From: a virus
IMG/VR virus record: IMGVR_UViG_3300031539_000014
Length of the DNA: 64,000 nucleotides
Strand: one strand, 5' to 3'
Shown here: one piece after another, positions 1-10,947 of the stretch
Numbering within the stretch: the first letter of the stretch is position 1
Layout of the letters: every line of letters begins with the position of its first letter
Program-made: the position numbers and the translations under genes
The notes under the pieces: generated by a model
Told to the model about the DNA's origin: nothing
The model's database searches: none
Seen by the model: the letters and a program-made list of their open reading frames with translations, nothing else

Positions 1-22
1 TGTTGAACAGAATTTAGGGGCC

Positions 23-1579
23 GTGGCTATGATTCTTACATCCAGTACCGAGTGGCAAATATACGCCTTTTCTCAATTTTCAAATGAATTAAAAAAATTA
101 GCGGAAGATAGATTAATAGTGCTTCGCGAAATTAGGTCTATTCTAGCTACATTACGAAGCGTCATGAGTCAGATAATTGAGGATAGAAAACATCCTGAAA
201 TTTATATTAAAGTAAATAATGCTATGAGGCATTTGACAATAATGCTGTCTAATCTATATAGAGTGGAAGACGGGCTAAGAAATTTTTCATATATGCATGT
301 AGCTTCATTAAATCAAGCACAAAAAAGATTAGATGCAGCGATAAAAGAATTAGGGAACAACGACGAAGAATTACAGAACCTGTTTGATCCTGTAGTAGGC
401 GGGGAAGAACGAAATACCAGAATAAGACAATTTTTAGAAGACACCGCTAAGAATGAAATAAGAAAAAAAGAATTAATCGCTACTACTATTTATTATTCCT
501 TTTTAGATTTATGTAAAAAAATTCCCATCCCGATGAGTAATGCCAAAGGGATTATTGGAGGATATGCCGGAACTGTGCCACAAACCCCTTTAGATGAGCA
601 TAGGGATATTTTTGGCACAATCGCACAGATAAAAGGCATAAAAAATCTTACCGAATCAATGTCAATTCTAAAAAATATTATGGTGTCATTCAAAACTAAC
701 TGGACAGAAATAGAAAGATTAGCTAAAATTCATTTAACGGGCCTTAATTTTTTAATACCAAGAATTATCAGGATACGCGATGATATGCATGATACTTTAA
801 TCAGAGCGGAAAATCAGAGTAACCCTACCATATTACATATGAAACGTTTGCCATGGGTAGCGGAATTAACAACTCTTCAAGCAATGGGTATTTTAGAAGG
901 ACTGACTGTTACTGGGGAGTCACAAAATTTAGTTCTTGATTTACGAGCTATGGATGAAATTATTTTATATTTAACGGAAAACGAAATTGATGGTCCGACT
1001 GAACTTATAAAAAGAATTATTGACTTAGCTGGTCCCTTATCATCTGCTATGTTAAATCCTGAAACAGCTTTATCCGCACGCATACAAATAGGTGATACGC
1101 TGTTTTTGCTTGACAGGTATATAGCTGCGGAAAATAAATTGATAACTGTTTTAGATAAATTAAATTTAGATGATAATCCGGGCTATTCAGCCGTAAAGGA
1201 TGGTTGGAAAATATTAGTTGGCGGAGCTTCTGGAATTTTAAGTGGATTAAATTTAAATACTAAAAAACCACTTGAAAATTTTGGGGCCAGAATAACTACT
1301 GGCACGGGAAACCGGATTTCTCCCTCTGTGGACACAATAACAGAAACATGGAGAACAAGTAGTTCTATTGCTATGGCTATTGGCAATTGTTTTAAAAACA
1401 ACCCAAACACCAAAATATCACAAATCAATCCATCACTTTTAAACGAAACTATTGATGACATTCCACAAACTGAAAATGAAAAATTAATGACAGACGGTTC
1501 TAACGTGTATTTTAAACAAAAAGCTAATGTAGAATTGGAATACTCTGCGGTAGAGTTTTCTAAAATTTGGGAACAATAA
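23..1579 (+). CDS. Hypothetical protein, probably virion/tail module
   Basis: 518-aa ORF whose stop overlaps the start of the gp25-like gene; no recognisable motif. Confidence 0.55.
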   Translation: MAMILTSSTEWQIYAFSQFSNELKKLAEDRLIVLREIRSILATLRSVMSQIIEDRKHPEIYIKVNNAMRHLTIMLSNLYRVEDGLRNFSYMHVASLNQAQKRLDAAIKELGNNDEELQNLFDPVVGGEERNTRIRQFLEDTAKNEIRKKELIATTIYYSFLDLCKKIPIPMSNAKGIIGGYAGTVPQTPLDEHRDIFGTIAQIKGIKNLTESMSILKNIMVSFKTNWTEIERLAKIHLTGLNFLIPRIIRIRDDMHDTLIRAENQSNPTILHMKRLPWVAELTTLQAMGILEGLTVTGESQNLVLDLRAMDEIILYLTENEIDGPTELIKRIIDLAGPLSSAMLNPETALSARIQIGDTLFLLDRYIAAENKLITVLDKLNLDDNPGYSAVKDGWKILVGGASGILSGLNLNTKKPLENFGARITTGTGNRISPSVDTITETWRTSSSIAMAIGNCFKNNPNTKISQINPSLLNETIDDIPQTENEKLMTDGSNVYFKQKANVELEYSAVEFSKIWEQ

Positions 1580-2001
1580 TGAAAGATTTATTAGTAATTT
1601 ACAGCGACTCTACGACCGACAGGCTAAAAAAAGGCTTTAATAATTATCCTAGACACGCGACAGATATAAAGACGTTGCTTCAAACTATTGTTAGAGAACT
1701 TTTAAATCAAATCGGAACAAATCATTTTGACCCAAATATTGGGTCTATATTGAATCAATTCGCTGGTCAAGGATACAGTCCTTATGATGAAGATCAAATT
1801 AGAACCGCAATTTCAATGGCTGTGTCACAAACAGAAGAAAAAATACTTTATGAACAATCTTCTGAAACATACTTAAAAAATGAAGAAGAACTTACCAGCC
1901 TTACTCTGGACTCTATCGCCTACGATCACGGCCAAGGTAGTTGGTTCATAGATATAAGAGTGAAAACAAAAGCTGATCATGTCTATCTAGTAAAGATTTA
2001 A
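1579..2001 (+). CDS. Baseplate wedge subunit, gp25/GPW-like
   Basis: About 140 aa; FDPNIGS motif, size and position directly before baseplate J resemble gp25 family; ATG at 1579 overlaps upstream TAA. Confidence 0.6.
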   Translation: MKDLLVIYSDSTTDRLKKGFNNYPRHATDIKTLLQTIVRELLNQIGTNHFDPNIGSILNQFAGQGYSPYDEDQIRTAISMAVSQTEEKILYEQSSETYLKNEEELTSLTLDSIAYDHGQGSWFIDIRVKTKADHVYLVKI

Positions 2002-2013
2002 TGAGGAAACACA

Positions 2014-3267
2014 ATGGCTAAGAATGTAATTGCTTACATAAAACAAAAACTAAAAGATTACGATCCTATGATTGATACCAGGAATACGGCCGCCTTAGTA
2101 GATCTTATGGTAAATCCTTTAAGTACTATTTTAGAGCCTTATGATACTGAACACACAGCTTTACAAAATCAGCTTTCCATTTCAGATCCAACAAGTTTAT
2201 CAGAAGCTGAGATGGATCAAATTGTCGCTAATTTTCTTATTCAGCGAGACCAGGGCGATAAATCCAGAGGTTATATAAAAATTTATTTTTATAGAGCACA
2301 GGATTTCACATTGTCCGCGGGGTCGCAAGTAGAAACATCTGCGGGATTAAAATTTTATACATTAAGCAACTATACCATTTCTAATACTCAAATGCTGGCT
2401 AATAACCAACGTTATCCATTATATTCGACTGATAATATATTAATCGAAGCTGAAAGTGCTGGATTACAATATGATATCAGTCCTGGAGCAATTTCTAAAA
2501 TTTATGGGGTAACCGCTGAATTTGCTTATGTAACAAATAATACCGGGTTTTCTGGAGGAGCCACCAAAGAAAATAACACGGCCGTTTACACTAGACTTTT
2601 GTCGTCCGTTACCAATGAAACAATAGCGTCGCCGGACGGTATAACAAAACTCATAAAAAGAAATTTCCCGTCTGTTAATACAGTTGTTGTAAAAGGTATG
2701 ATAGATGATGAAATGGCACGTGACTTGTCGTTTAATGCAACAGTATCGGGGTTATTAAATTGGAACTCTTCACAATATTATGAGTCTGACCTTGATGGGT
2801 GTGTGTCGGGATATCACGAATACCCTTATAACCAAAGTCAAGCTTATTTTGGACTATTTCAGGATGACGCGGCTACCTCGGGCTATGCTCCAACTGATTT
2901 ACCTCTGGCTACTGAGTTTACAACAGAATTTTTACAAAATATGTATGCCAACAATTATAGAAAATATGATGTTCTTTATTCTGAGGTTAAGGCCGACATA
3001 ATACTTAATCAAACATTTAACGCTGCTCCTGCAAAATCTGTGTTCCCAGCAGATTGGAGTAGATCCGACGCAGCCTTAGGATTAAACAATATGATTTCAA
3101 ATAATGAAATAGCTATAGATTTGTCAGTTGGGGCGGTTCGTTTAGGATACAGGTATACCGAAGATGATGCGATTGCCCAACCTATTATTTTACCATCAAT
3201 CAAATCTATAGAAAAAATAATTGACTTACTGAGACAAGCTAAATTGTCTGGTAGAAGTGCAACTTAA
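2014..3267 (+). CDS. Baseplate J-like protein
   Basis: N-terminal pattern typical of baseplate J (LDxIVANFLIQR..G.KSRGYI, IEAESAG..Y.ISPGAI, FSGGA..E). Confidence 0.7.
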   Translation: MAKNVIAYIKQKLKDYDPMIDTRNTAALVDLMVNPLSTILEPYDTEHTALQNQLSISDPTSLSEAEMDQIVANFLIQRDQGDKSRGYIKIYFYRAQDFTLSAGSQVETSAGLKFYTLSNYTISNTQMLANNQRYPLYSTDNILIEAESAGLQYDISPGAISKIYGVTAEFAYVTNNTGFSGGATKENNTAVYTRLLSSVTNETIASPDGITKLIKRNFPSVNTVVVKGMIDDEMARDLSFNATVSGLLNWNSSQYYESDLDGCVSGYHEYPYNQSQAYFGLFQDDAATSGYAPTDLPLATEFTTEFLQNMYANNYRKYDVLYSEVKADIILNQTFNAAPAKSVFPADWSRSDAALGLNNMISNNEIAIDLSVGAVRLGYRYTEDDAIAQPIILPSIKSIEKIIDLLRQAKLSGRSAT

Positions 3268-3283
3268 TAATGGGTGATAATAA

Positions 3284-5035
3284 ATGGCAATAAGTAAAGC
3301 AAGAGCATATTGGACTCCGAGATATAGCCAGGTAGTAAAAGACCTAGAGGCAATAGTTGGTAAAACTAAATATTATGACTATAGTCCGGTATTAATGCGA
3401 CAAATAGATCAAAATACTGGTGTAGAGGTATGGGGAGTTTTTAAAACTAATGATGACACAACTACCGGAAAATTATCATACATTACAGTTTTACGACAGG
3501 GGGGTTATCCAATTCCACATGATGGGTTTGGGTTAGCTTGGAAAAAAACTATTTTACATCCTGGTGATTCTTCGGCTATGTATAATGTATATTTAGTTGA
3601 CAATGATGTGCTGCATGAAGAAGTGTATGCTCTTAATGAAATGATTGTTCAGGACGCTGGTATCAATAACTTTCTAATTGCTGGTAAAAGAGAAATTTTA
3701 GCTGGTACTTGGTACAAATTTAAAATAAGGGTACAGGCAAATTATTCTACACGTATTTGGATAATGGAGGATACTTATACTTGGGACCAAGCAGTAAATT
3801 TACCTTACAATGGCGGCGATAATCCAACAGGTTATTGTCTAGATCGTGGGGCTCAAGTAGCTGGTGCGACTACAGCCGCGTATGTGCCTATTTCACAAGG
3901 CACTTATTTCGGAATTGGCGTCCCAGAAACACAAAATTCGGAATGGTGGTACAGAGATATTGTTATAGCCAGTATAGCTGACGCGTATCCGATGCAATTA
4001 TTTAAACTAGAAGCTCCTGGACAATATTTTAATTCGGGGTCACCGGCACACGTATATTACAATGGTTATGGGCAATGGAATGCCGAGACACCGTTTGGTA
4101 ATGGCGTTTCTTTATATATTTGGAACGTTACTAATAGCGAATGGGAACTGGCAGGGACTAACACTGCGACTGCTGAAGCAGAACCACAGGATAAAGTCAT
4201 AGACTACACATTACCGGATATAGACGATTATATTACTACAACTCTTGGAGTTGATCATTTTACATTATTAGCATATGCAACGGAAGCCGATGAGACAGCC
4301 ATATTACGCACACATTATATTGGAATAGATAATGTATTTCCTTCAGGAATTCATATGGGGAATATGTTAGATATATACGTGCATGCTCCAGATAGGTTTT
4401 CTACGGCTGAAAATGATGCAGGTGCTGTAAGTTCTGTTATGCTAACAGCCGACGAAGGGTTTAATTTACCTATTCAAGAAATACTTGAAGTTAGAGGTCC
4501 TGGTGGTACGTTGTTAACACGAAACGTAGATTATTCAATTAGCTTGGGAGACACAGGTAACGCGTGGTCAACTAAATCAAACCAATCAATTAATATTGTT
4601 GGTGGACCGCTGTCTATTACGGTGCTGTACAGATATTATATAGATGGAGCCACTTTGCAAGATTTTGTGGAAGATAATTCTGTTAGAAACGCTGGAACGG
4701 ACAATTTAGTAAAGATTGTTCCTCCCGCTACCATAGAGATAGAATCACTAGAATATAGAGACGGGCCTGCTCAAGAAGATGTTAGAACATCAGTGGCCGC
4801 CTGGATTAATGATTTAGGTAACGACACAACATTCGAAATTACAGACCTAATTAATTATTTATATTCTTTAGGAATTACCTATGTAGATCTGGATTCACTA
4901 ATTATTAATGTTCGAAAATATGATTATACTGGAGCGTTGGTTGATAGTAGCGAGATAACTTCCGACTATACTATAACAACAATGAACGCGTTTGTAACAG
5001 ACACAAGTCAATTATATGGGATAATTAGATTATAA
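3284..5035 (+). CDS. Baseplate/tail structural protein
   Basis: 583 aa, beta-rich; C-terminus (VAAWINDL..FEITDLINYLYSLGI) resembles baseplate J C-terminal region; operon context. Confidence 0.5.
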   Translation: MAISKARAYWTPRYSQVVKDLEAIVGKTKYYDYSPVLMRQIDQNTGVEVWGVFKTNDDTTTGKLSYITVLRQGGYPIPHDGFGLAWKKTILHPGDSSAMYNVYLVDNDVLHEEVYALNEMIVQDAGINNFLIAGKREILAGTWYKFKIRVQANYSTRIWIMEDTYTWDQAVNLPYNGGDNPTGYCLDRGAQVAGATTAAYVPISQGTYFGIGVPETQNSEWWYRDIVIASIADAYPMQLFKLEAPGQYFNSGSPAHVYYNGYGQWNAETPFGNGVSLYIWNVTNSEWELAGTNTATAEAEPQDKVIDYTLPDIDDYITTTLGVDHFTLLAYATEADETAILRTHYIGIDNVFPSGIHMGNMLDIYVHAPDRFSTAENDAGAVSSVMLTADEGFNLPIQEILEVRGPGGTLLTRNVDYSISLGDTGNAWSTKSNQSINIVGGPLSITVLYRYYIDGATLQDFVEDNSVRNAGTDNLVKIVPPATIEIESLEYRDGPAQEDVRTSVAAWINDLGNDTTFEITDLINYLYSLGITYVDLDSLIINVRKYDYTGALVDSSEITSDYTITTMNAFVTDTSQLYGIIRL

Positions 5036-6108
5036 TGCCACAACGATATAATGTTTCAACTTTATGGCAATCTTTAGGATCTTTTTGGGCGGACTTCGAA
5101 GACAAAGGTGTTATGGAAGTTGTTTGGAATGCCTATAGAGATATTATTACAGAAGAATATAGAACAACTTATCAACTTAATCTTTCTAAAGCATTTCAAT
5201 ACATGCCGGATTATTTTGAAGAACGCCTGCATTATTTTGATATTATTTATAGTGCGGACACCGCTACTTATTCTGGATTAGTTAATACTACTATAATTTC
5301 AGGATTATATAATTATTATGTGCCTGGTGAGATCTTTAGTATAGTTTCTGGATTAGACCATTATTATTATTTAAATGAAGATAATCAAAGAATGTATGAA
5401 CATTTAACGGAAGATACTGATTTTGAAATAATTGACTATAGTAGAATTCAGTTTTTAAATAATCCTCCTTTCACAGCCGACGGAGATCTAGCTAATGTTG
5501 ACGGCGGTAGTTTATACGCACCAGCAGTATTTCGAATAAATCCTATTATGTTCGCGTTATTTGGAACATTGGTTGATATTACCAAAGAACAGTTTAAAGA
5601 AAGAAAATATCACGCTTTTAAAACTGAGGTTACTAATTTTGAACAACAAAAAACAGACTTAAAACATTTTAAATATTTGATATGGTCATTAAATTATTTA
5701 AAGCGACAAAAACCAACAATAGAAGTATTAAAAAAATTATATGGAGTAGCAAAAGGAGTTCCTTTTGCATATGTCTCAGGATATGTTGAGTCTATTGGTA
5801 TAGATGGAAGTAATTATACTTTAACTATTGCGGAAGAAACTTATTATGTCCCGGACATTTTAACTTTAGCTGTAACTAGCGGACAAGCGATAGGCCAGTT
5901 CGATTTACTGGTGAGTGGCATTGAGGTCCGCGATTATATTACAGATCAAGCTAGAATGATAGAATTGGCGGAAGAGCCCTGGCAAGCACGAGCTATGCTA
6001 GAATTTGTTGCTGATTCAAGTTTAAATATTTTAGATTACGACGAAACTTTTGTTAGCGGCATAGTAACTGATATTACTCCAGCATATATGACCGCCTACT
6101 TTAATTAA
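5035..6108 (+). CDS. Baseplate/tail protein
   Basis: 357 aa, translationally coupled, structural operon context. Confidence 0.45.
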   Translation: MPQRYNVSTLWQSLGSFWADFEDKGVMEVVWNAYRDIITEEYRTTYQLNLSKAFQYMPDYFEERLHYFDIIYSADTATYSGLVNTTIISGLYNYYVPGEIFSIVSGLDHYYYLNEDNQRMYEHLTEDTDFEIIDYSRIQFLNNPPFTADGDLANVDGGSLYAPAVFRINPIMFALFGTLVDITKEQFKERKYHAFKTEVTNFEQQKTDLKHFKYLIWSLNYLKRQKPTIEVLKKLYGVAKGVPFAYVSGYVESIGIDGSNYTLTIAEETYYVPDILTLAVTSGQAIGQFDLLVSGIEVRDYITDQARMIELAEEPWQARAMLEFVADSSLNILDYDETFVSGIVTDITPAYMTAYFN

Positions 6109-6119
6109 GAGGTTATTAA

Positions 6120-8342
6120 ATGGAACGCGAAATAGTTAATGCGGGTGCAAAACTTTCTCTCTCGTCTTTATTTGAACATCTACAAGATGATGTTAAATTA
6201 AATACGTATAGAGATTTTGACCAGATTATAGACACATACGGCATCAATTGCGACACTGTATCAGGACTTGTCCCTGCTAGTGACACCACATTAAAGGTTA
6301 CAGCTGCTGGTGCTCAAATAGCTATTAATACGGGCACCGGTTTGACTGCCGCGTTTAATTATATTGATGTCTCTACGCCAGACACAAGTACTCCGCCCGG
6401 CAATAATACTTACACAGTTTATATAAAATATGTGGAAAATCAAGACGAACAAGTAGATATCATTAATGGGTTTTTGTATGCGACTGGGGAGCCAACTGTA
6501 CCTTCACGTGGACACGCTGATTATGAAATAGTGTATGATACAGATCCGGGAGTATCTGGGTTAACATTGGCTGAAATCGTAGTAAGCACCGGAACAGTAC
6601 AGTCAGTTACAGATTTAAGACATGCCAATGTATTAAAATTAAAACATTGTGTATTTCCAGACACTGTAGTAAAAATAGATAGAGATTCTGACATAGCTGG
6701 AAAACTTACGGCTAATTATATTGGTACTAAGGGTCCCGAAGGGTACGAAATGCTTATAAATACGGCCGGTATGACACAAGACGAAGAACTTAGCGCTTCG
6801 GGAATTGTACAAGCACACGATTATAGACATTGGCACGGTAATGAAGTTACACAAGGCAGTAGAACAGTATTGGATAGTGTAAGTGCTATTACAGCACATT
6901 CAGAACTTAAAGCAGCTTTTAGGTATGGTGTAATAAATTTTCAAGAAGGTAATGGAGATAGATGGATTGTTACGAAAATAATTCCAAGTAAACCTAATAC
7001 ACCTACTGATTTAACTATCGGCTTACGCGAACTGGTGCCCGATGATATTACCACGAAAGCACTAACTAATAGTATTAGATCTTATACTGTTAAAGAAATT
7101 TCTTTAGCTCATAATATAAATGCTAATACAGCCCTAACAGATTGGCGACAATCTATTGTTACTTATCAAACAGCACACCCAACCTGGGGCGCTGACGAGT
7201 TATATGCTGTCTCAGGTTTAGAAGCCACAATGTCTGGATTATTCAATCAAGGTTATGCCTACGACGCTGGTGGTATTGTTCCTGAAGAAAATTATGATCC
7301 TGAAGGACTAACAGCGTTAGGTTGGAACGAAACCGGTGGAACCATAACAGACGTTTTGGAAGCCATAGATCTTACTTTAGCATTTAGCGATGACGCGAAA
7401 AGCACTTTAAATTCTGATATGGCAATTATTTCTAAAGAAATATTAAATAAAGAATCAGAAATTAAAACACACCCAGATAAAGGAAAAAGGCAGTTTGAAG
7501 CTCTTTGTAAGTGGACACGGCCCGCTTTAGTAGATTTAGAACCTATCGTAAAATATCAATTAAAAATATATAAACTAACACATACTTCAACCGCCGTAGC
7601 GGATGGAACCCCTCTTACAACTCTTCTGTCTAACTATACTGCAGAAATTGTTAAAGATATAAACGTTGAATCAGTAGCAGCGGGAATACGTTGGACAGAA
7701 AAAGGCAATACAACCGTAAAAGCCGGAGTAACCCAAACAGCGTCTAAAATTTATTTAAATAGTACCACAGGAATGGATGCACTGGACGCGATAAATATTA
7801 CAGTTAGTGGTTTAGGGCAATATTCTGCCATTATAAAAACTGTCAGTAGTGATGGCGACGGGGTTTATATAGATTTAGCCCTGCCTTTAACTAACTCATA
7901 TAACAATGAAGTAATTCCATTAGCTGAAGACACCGTTTTATCTTACGCCGAAGTAGTTGAAAGTTTAGATCAATATTGGATTGACGGTGTGTACAAAACA
8001 ACTTATGCATTTCCTATTGATGTTGATCAATACTACATTGTCTATATCAGATCAGTTAGTAAATATGGAATAGTGTCTGATTGGTCAAATGGTGTTAAAG
8101 TTACAACTAATGATCTGTCGAGTGGGGGTGTTACTTTAGCTAATAAATCTAAAGAAGACAAAACATTTCTGGCTCAAGCAAAAGAAATAGAAAGAAAAGA
8201 AATAAAAAGAGAATTTGAAACGCAAATACTGGCCTTACAACAGCAAGTTGCAGCGTTACCTACACAAGACCAAGTTAGTAATTTAAGTGTAGAACTTTCC
8301 AGTTTGGATACCAGAGTTGGTAGTTTAGAAACACCAGCATAA
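6120..8342 (+). CDS. Tail fibre/host-specificity-like protein with Fn3-like segments
   Basis: 740 aa; beta-rich, YIVYIRSVSKYGIVSDWS Fn3-type motif, C-terminal coiled coil. Confidence 0.5.
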   Translation: MEREIVNAGAKLSLSSLFEHLQDDVKLNTYRDFDQIIDTYGINCDTVSGLVPASDTTLKVTAAGAQIAINTGTGLTAAFNYIDVSTPDTSTPPGNNTYTVYIKYVENQDEQVDIINGFLYATGEPTVPSRGHADYEIVYDTDPGVSGLTLAEIVVSTGTVQSVTDLRHANVLKLKHCVFPDTVVKIDRDSDIAGKLTANYIGTKGPEGYEMLINTAGMTQDEELSASGIVQAHDYRHWHGNEVTQGSRTVLDSVSAITAHSELKAAFRYGVINFQEGNGDRWIVTKIIPSKPNTPTDLTIGLRELVPDDITTKALTNSIRSYTVKEISLAHNINANTALTDWRQSIVTYQTAHPTWGADELYAVSGLEATMSGLFNQGYAYDAGGIVPEENYDPEGLTALGWNETGGTITDVLEAIDLTLAFSDDAKSTLNSDMAIISKEILNKESEIKTHPDKGKRQFEALCKWTRPALVDLEPIVKYQLKIYKLTHTSTAVADGTPLTTLLSNYTAEIVKDINVESVAAGIRWTEKGNTTVKAGVTQTASKIYLNSTTGMDALDAINITVSGLGQYSAIIKTVSSDGDGVYIDLALPLTNSYNNEVIPLAEDTVLSYAEVVESLDQYWIDGVYKTTYAFPIDVDQYYIVYIRSVSKYGIVSDWSNGVKVTTNDLSSGGVTLANKSKEDKTFLAQAKEIERKEIKREFETQILALQQQVAALPTQDQVSNLSVELSSLDTRVGSLETPA

Positions 8343-8346
8343 AATT

Positions 8347-8979
8347 ATGGCTAGAATTCGTCGAACAAATTTGTCACATACGTTTACCGGGTTACCGCCT
8401 AATATTACAGTAATGTTAGTAGACGGACTATATAAAGTAGAAACTAATGATGTCTGGAAAGCTTTACCTAGACACGTTGGTCAAACATCAACGGAAGGTG
8501 TAATAAGGTTCGATAATTTAAGGGACTCTATTTATTCATTGTTAGTAGTAGATTTTGATTATTCAGATAAATCTCAATACTACATACAAATTGGTGATCC
8601 TGATTTATTTGATACTATTATTTATCATACTATTCCTACCCCAGTAATTATTACATCTGTTACTACGGGTGTGGAAGGCACGGTTATTTATATAGATATA
8701 ACTTGGAAGTTAGCTCCTAATGGAGTGGACGGGTTCTATCATATTTATATGCAACCACAAGATGGTGTGTGGTCTGAAAGATTGGTAATTGATAATCCTA
8801 AAACTTTTAGTGCCAGGATATCCACCAGTCTAAAATATTATACACAATACACATTTAAAATAAGAACGCTAAATGAAGATGGTAAACCTAGCGCCTTTTC
8901 AAATTTAATGTCAGTTATTACACCAGAGCTTGAACACGAAGATACTACACCGCCGTATAATGCAACCTTTATCCAATAA
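8347..8979 (+). CDS. Fn3-domain tail-associated protein
   Basis: ITWK...YHIY...YTFKIRTLNEDGKPSAFS Fn3 pattern. Confidence 0.55.
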   Translation: MARIRRTNLSHTFTGLPPNITVMLVDGLYKVETNDVWKALPRHVGQTSTEGVIRFDNLRDSIYSLLVVDFDYSDKSQYYIQIGDPDLFDTIIYHTIPTPVIITSVTTGVEGTVIYIDITWKLAPNGVDGFYHIYMQPQDGVWSERLVIDNPKTFSARISTSLKYYTQYTFKIRTLNEDGKPSAFSNLMSVITPELEHEDTTPPYNATFIQ

Positions 8980-9695
8980 TGTGTGTGGAAAAAATTTCGG
9001 CCTTTATACGAATGAGGAATGCACAATATACAATTAAAGCTTGTATATTGTCGGTAATTGACTACGTGGATGAAATAATTGTTGTTAATAACAACGATGC
9101 TACTAGTTTTAAAATACTAAAAGAATTAAATAATTCAAAAATAAAAATTTATGATTGGCCTTATGAAATTGTAAAAGTTTGGACATCTGAAACAAATAAT
9201 CTGCCTTGTGACGATTGTCATTCATTAATTGCTATGAGCAATTTTGCTCTAGATAAATGTTCTAATGATTGGTGTTTAAAGGTAGATTCTGATATGGTAT
9301 TTTTTAAAACTGGGATGGAAGCGATTTTAAATACTAATTTTATTCAGCCGTTTTTAGGGGTTGGAGGATATGAGTGTACTGATCCTTTTAATTTTACTTA
9401 TGAATTTTTTGGAGAGGAGCCCAGATTTTTTAATAAGACTTTGGAGGGAGGATTACAATTTCGCAAATATTTTAATACAGGCGGTGAAATTATTTGGAAC
9501 CCGGCATGGTCTATGGATACTAAAAATTGGGGCCCAAGATACAGTAATTTAAACAAAAAAAGATGTTGGGTCCATTACGGCTGGTCGACATCGTCAGACC
9601 CACAACGACCTTATAGAGGTTTGAAACAGACCGCTATTAATTTTAGTCACCATAGAGATATTATTCCTAGTTTACATAAAATTTTTAATCAATAA
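8979..9695 (+). CDS. Glycosyltransferase family 2
   Basis: ISAFIRMRN..TIKACILSV..YVDEIIVV and WCLKVDSD (DxD) motifs. Confidence 0.75.
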   Translation: MCVEKISAFIRMRNAQYTIKACILSVIDYVDEIIVVNNNDATSFKILKELNNSKIKIYDWPYEIVKVWTSETNNLPCDDCHSLIAMSNFALDKCSNDWCLKVDSDMVFFKTGMEAILNTNFIQPFLGVGGYECTDPFNFTYEFFGEEPRFFNKTLEGGLQFRKYFNTGGEIIWNPAWSMDTKNWGPRYSNLNKKRCWVHYGWSTSSDPQRPYRGLKQTAINFSHHRDIIPSLHKIFNQ

Positions 9696-9701
9696 AAGAT
9701 A

Positions 9702-10871
9702 ATGAGAAAATTTAGGATCCATGTGCTTTCTTTAGCACACACCAAGTGTAACGACGATTATGTAAAATGTGCTTATACACAAAAAGCATACAACATGTGT
9801 AAGATGATGTCATCATTAGGACACGAAGTATATTTATATGCTCCTTATAATAAACCGACTGATGCCCCACTTCCGCCCCACGATAAATTTATTCCCGTTG
9901 TCAGCGAAAAAACTTGGGATGACTATTTGAAGTATTACAATACTAATGATCAATTTTTTAAATTTGCAGTTGACGATCCAGTTTGGGACGAACTACGAAG
10001 AACCCTAAAAATAGAATTACCTAAAAATATTGATCCTGACACAGAAAATTTTGTTCTTTGCTGGTTTGGTCATTATTTTGATGAACCCACTAAAGGGTTG
10101 CCTGGTAATACGTTCGTTATTGAGGCTGGAATTGGATACACTGGAACATTTTGTAATATGCGAGGACGTGTCTTTGAAAGTAATGCTTGGTGTTCATGGG
10201 TGTACGGACGACAAAACATAGAGCAAGGAAATTGGTACGATACTGTTATTCCTAATAGTTATGATCCTGACGATTTTCCGTATAGTGCTGAAAAAGATGA
10301 TTATTTTTTATTTGTAGGTAGATGTATCGAAACAAAAGGAATTAATATCGCCGAACAAGTCGCCAGAAAATTAGGTAAAAAATTATACATCGCTGGACAA
10401 TGCTCAAGCAACTTGAAAGCTTTAGGCGTAACATTAGACGATCAAGTACAATATATTGGAGTATTAAATAAAGAAGAACGTGGGGAATGGATGAAAAAAG
10501 CGCAAGCTGTTTTTATTGCCACATACTATTGGCCGCCTTTCGAGGGAGTTCATATTGAAAGTATGTTTTGTGGGACCCCCGTTATCACAAGCCCGTTTGG
10601 AGTTTTTAGCGAAACCGTCCAAAACAACAAAGTAGGATTTCGTTGTGCAAGTTTCAAAGAAATGCTGTGGGCCGCGCAACATGTTAAAAATCTAGATTCT
10701 TATAAAATTAGAAGATACGCAATAGACAATTTTTCTTTAGATCGGGTTCGTTGGATGTATCAAAGATATTTTGAGCAATTTAGCGATCTTTATAAAGCTG
10801 GAGGATGGTATGAAACTGAAAAAAATCCAGTTGAATCTTTAGATCGTCACGATAAATATTATGTTATATAG
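9702..10871 (+). CDS. Glycosyltransferase family 4 (GT-B)
   Basis: YFLFVGR..ETKG, EGVHIESMFCGTPVIT (E-x7-E) motifs. Confidence 0.85.
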   Translation: MRKFRIHVLSLAHTKCNDDYVKCAYTQKAYNMCKMMSSLGHEVYLYAPYNKPTDAPLPPHDKFIPVVSEKTWDDYLKYYNTNDQFFKFAVDDPVWDELRRTLKIELPKNIDPDTENFVLCWFGHYFDEPTKGLPGNTFVIEAGIGYTGTFCNMRGRVFESNAWCSWVYGRQNIEQGNWYDTVIPNSYDPDDFPYSAEKDDYFLFVGRCIETKGINIAEQVARKLGKKLYIAGQCSSNLKALGVTLDDQVQYIGVLNKEERGEWMKKAQAVFIATYYWPPFEGVHIESMFCGTPVITSPFGVFSETVQNNKVGFRCASFKEMLWAAQHVKNLDSYKIRRYAIDNFSLDRVRWMYQRYFEQFSDLYKAGGWYETEKNPVESLDRHDKYYVI

Positions 10872-10896
10872 AGGTATCATTTATAAGACATGATAT

Positions 10897-10926
10897 AAAA
10901 AAAGAGCCCAGGGCAGACTCTTTTTT
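10897..10926. terminator. Bidirectional intrinsic terminator
   Basis: A-tract/agag..ctct hairpin/T-tract between convergent genes. Confidence 0.75.
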
Positions 10927-10947
10927 AGCCTGTTTTTAAATTTAATG

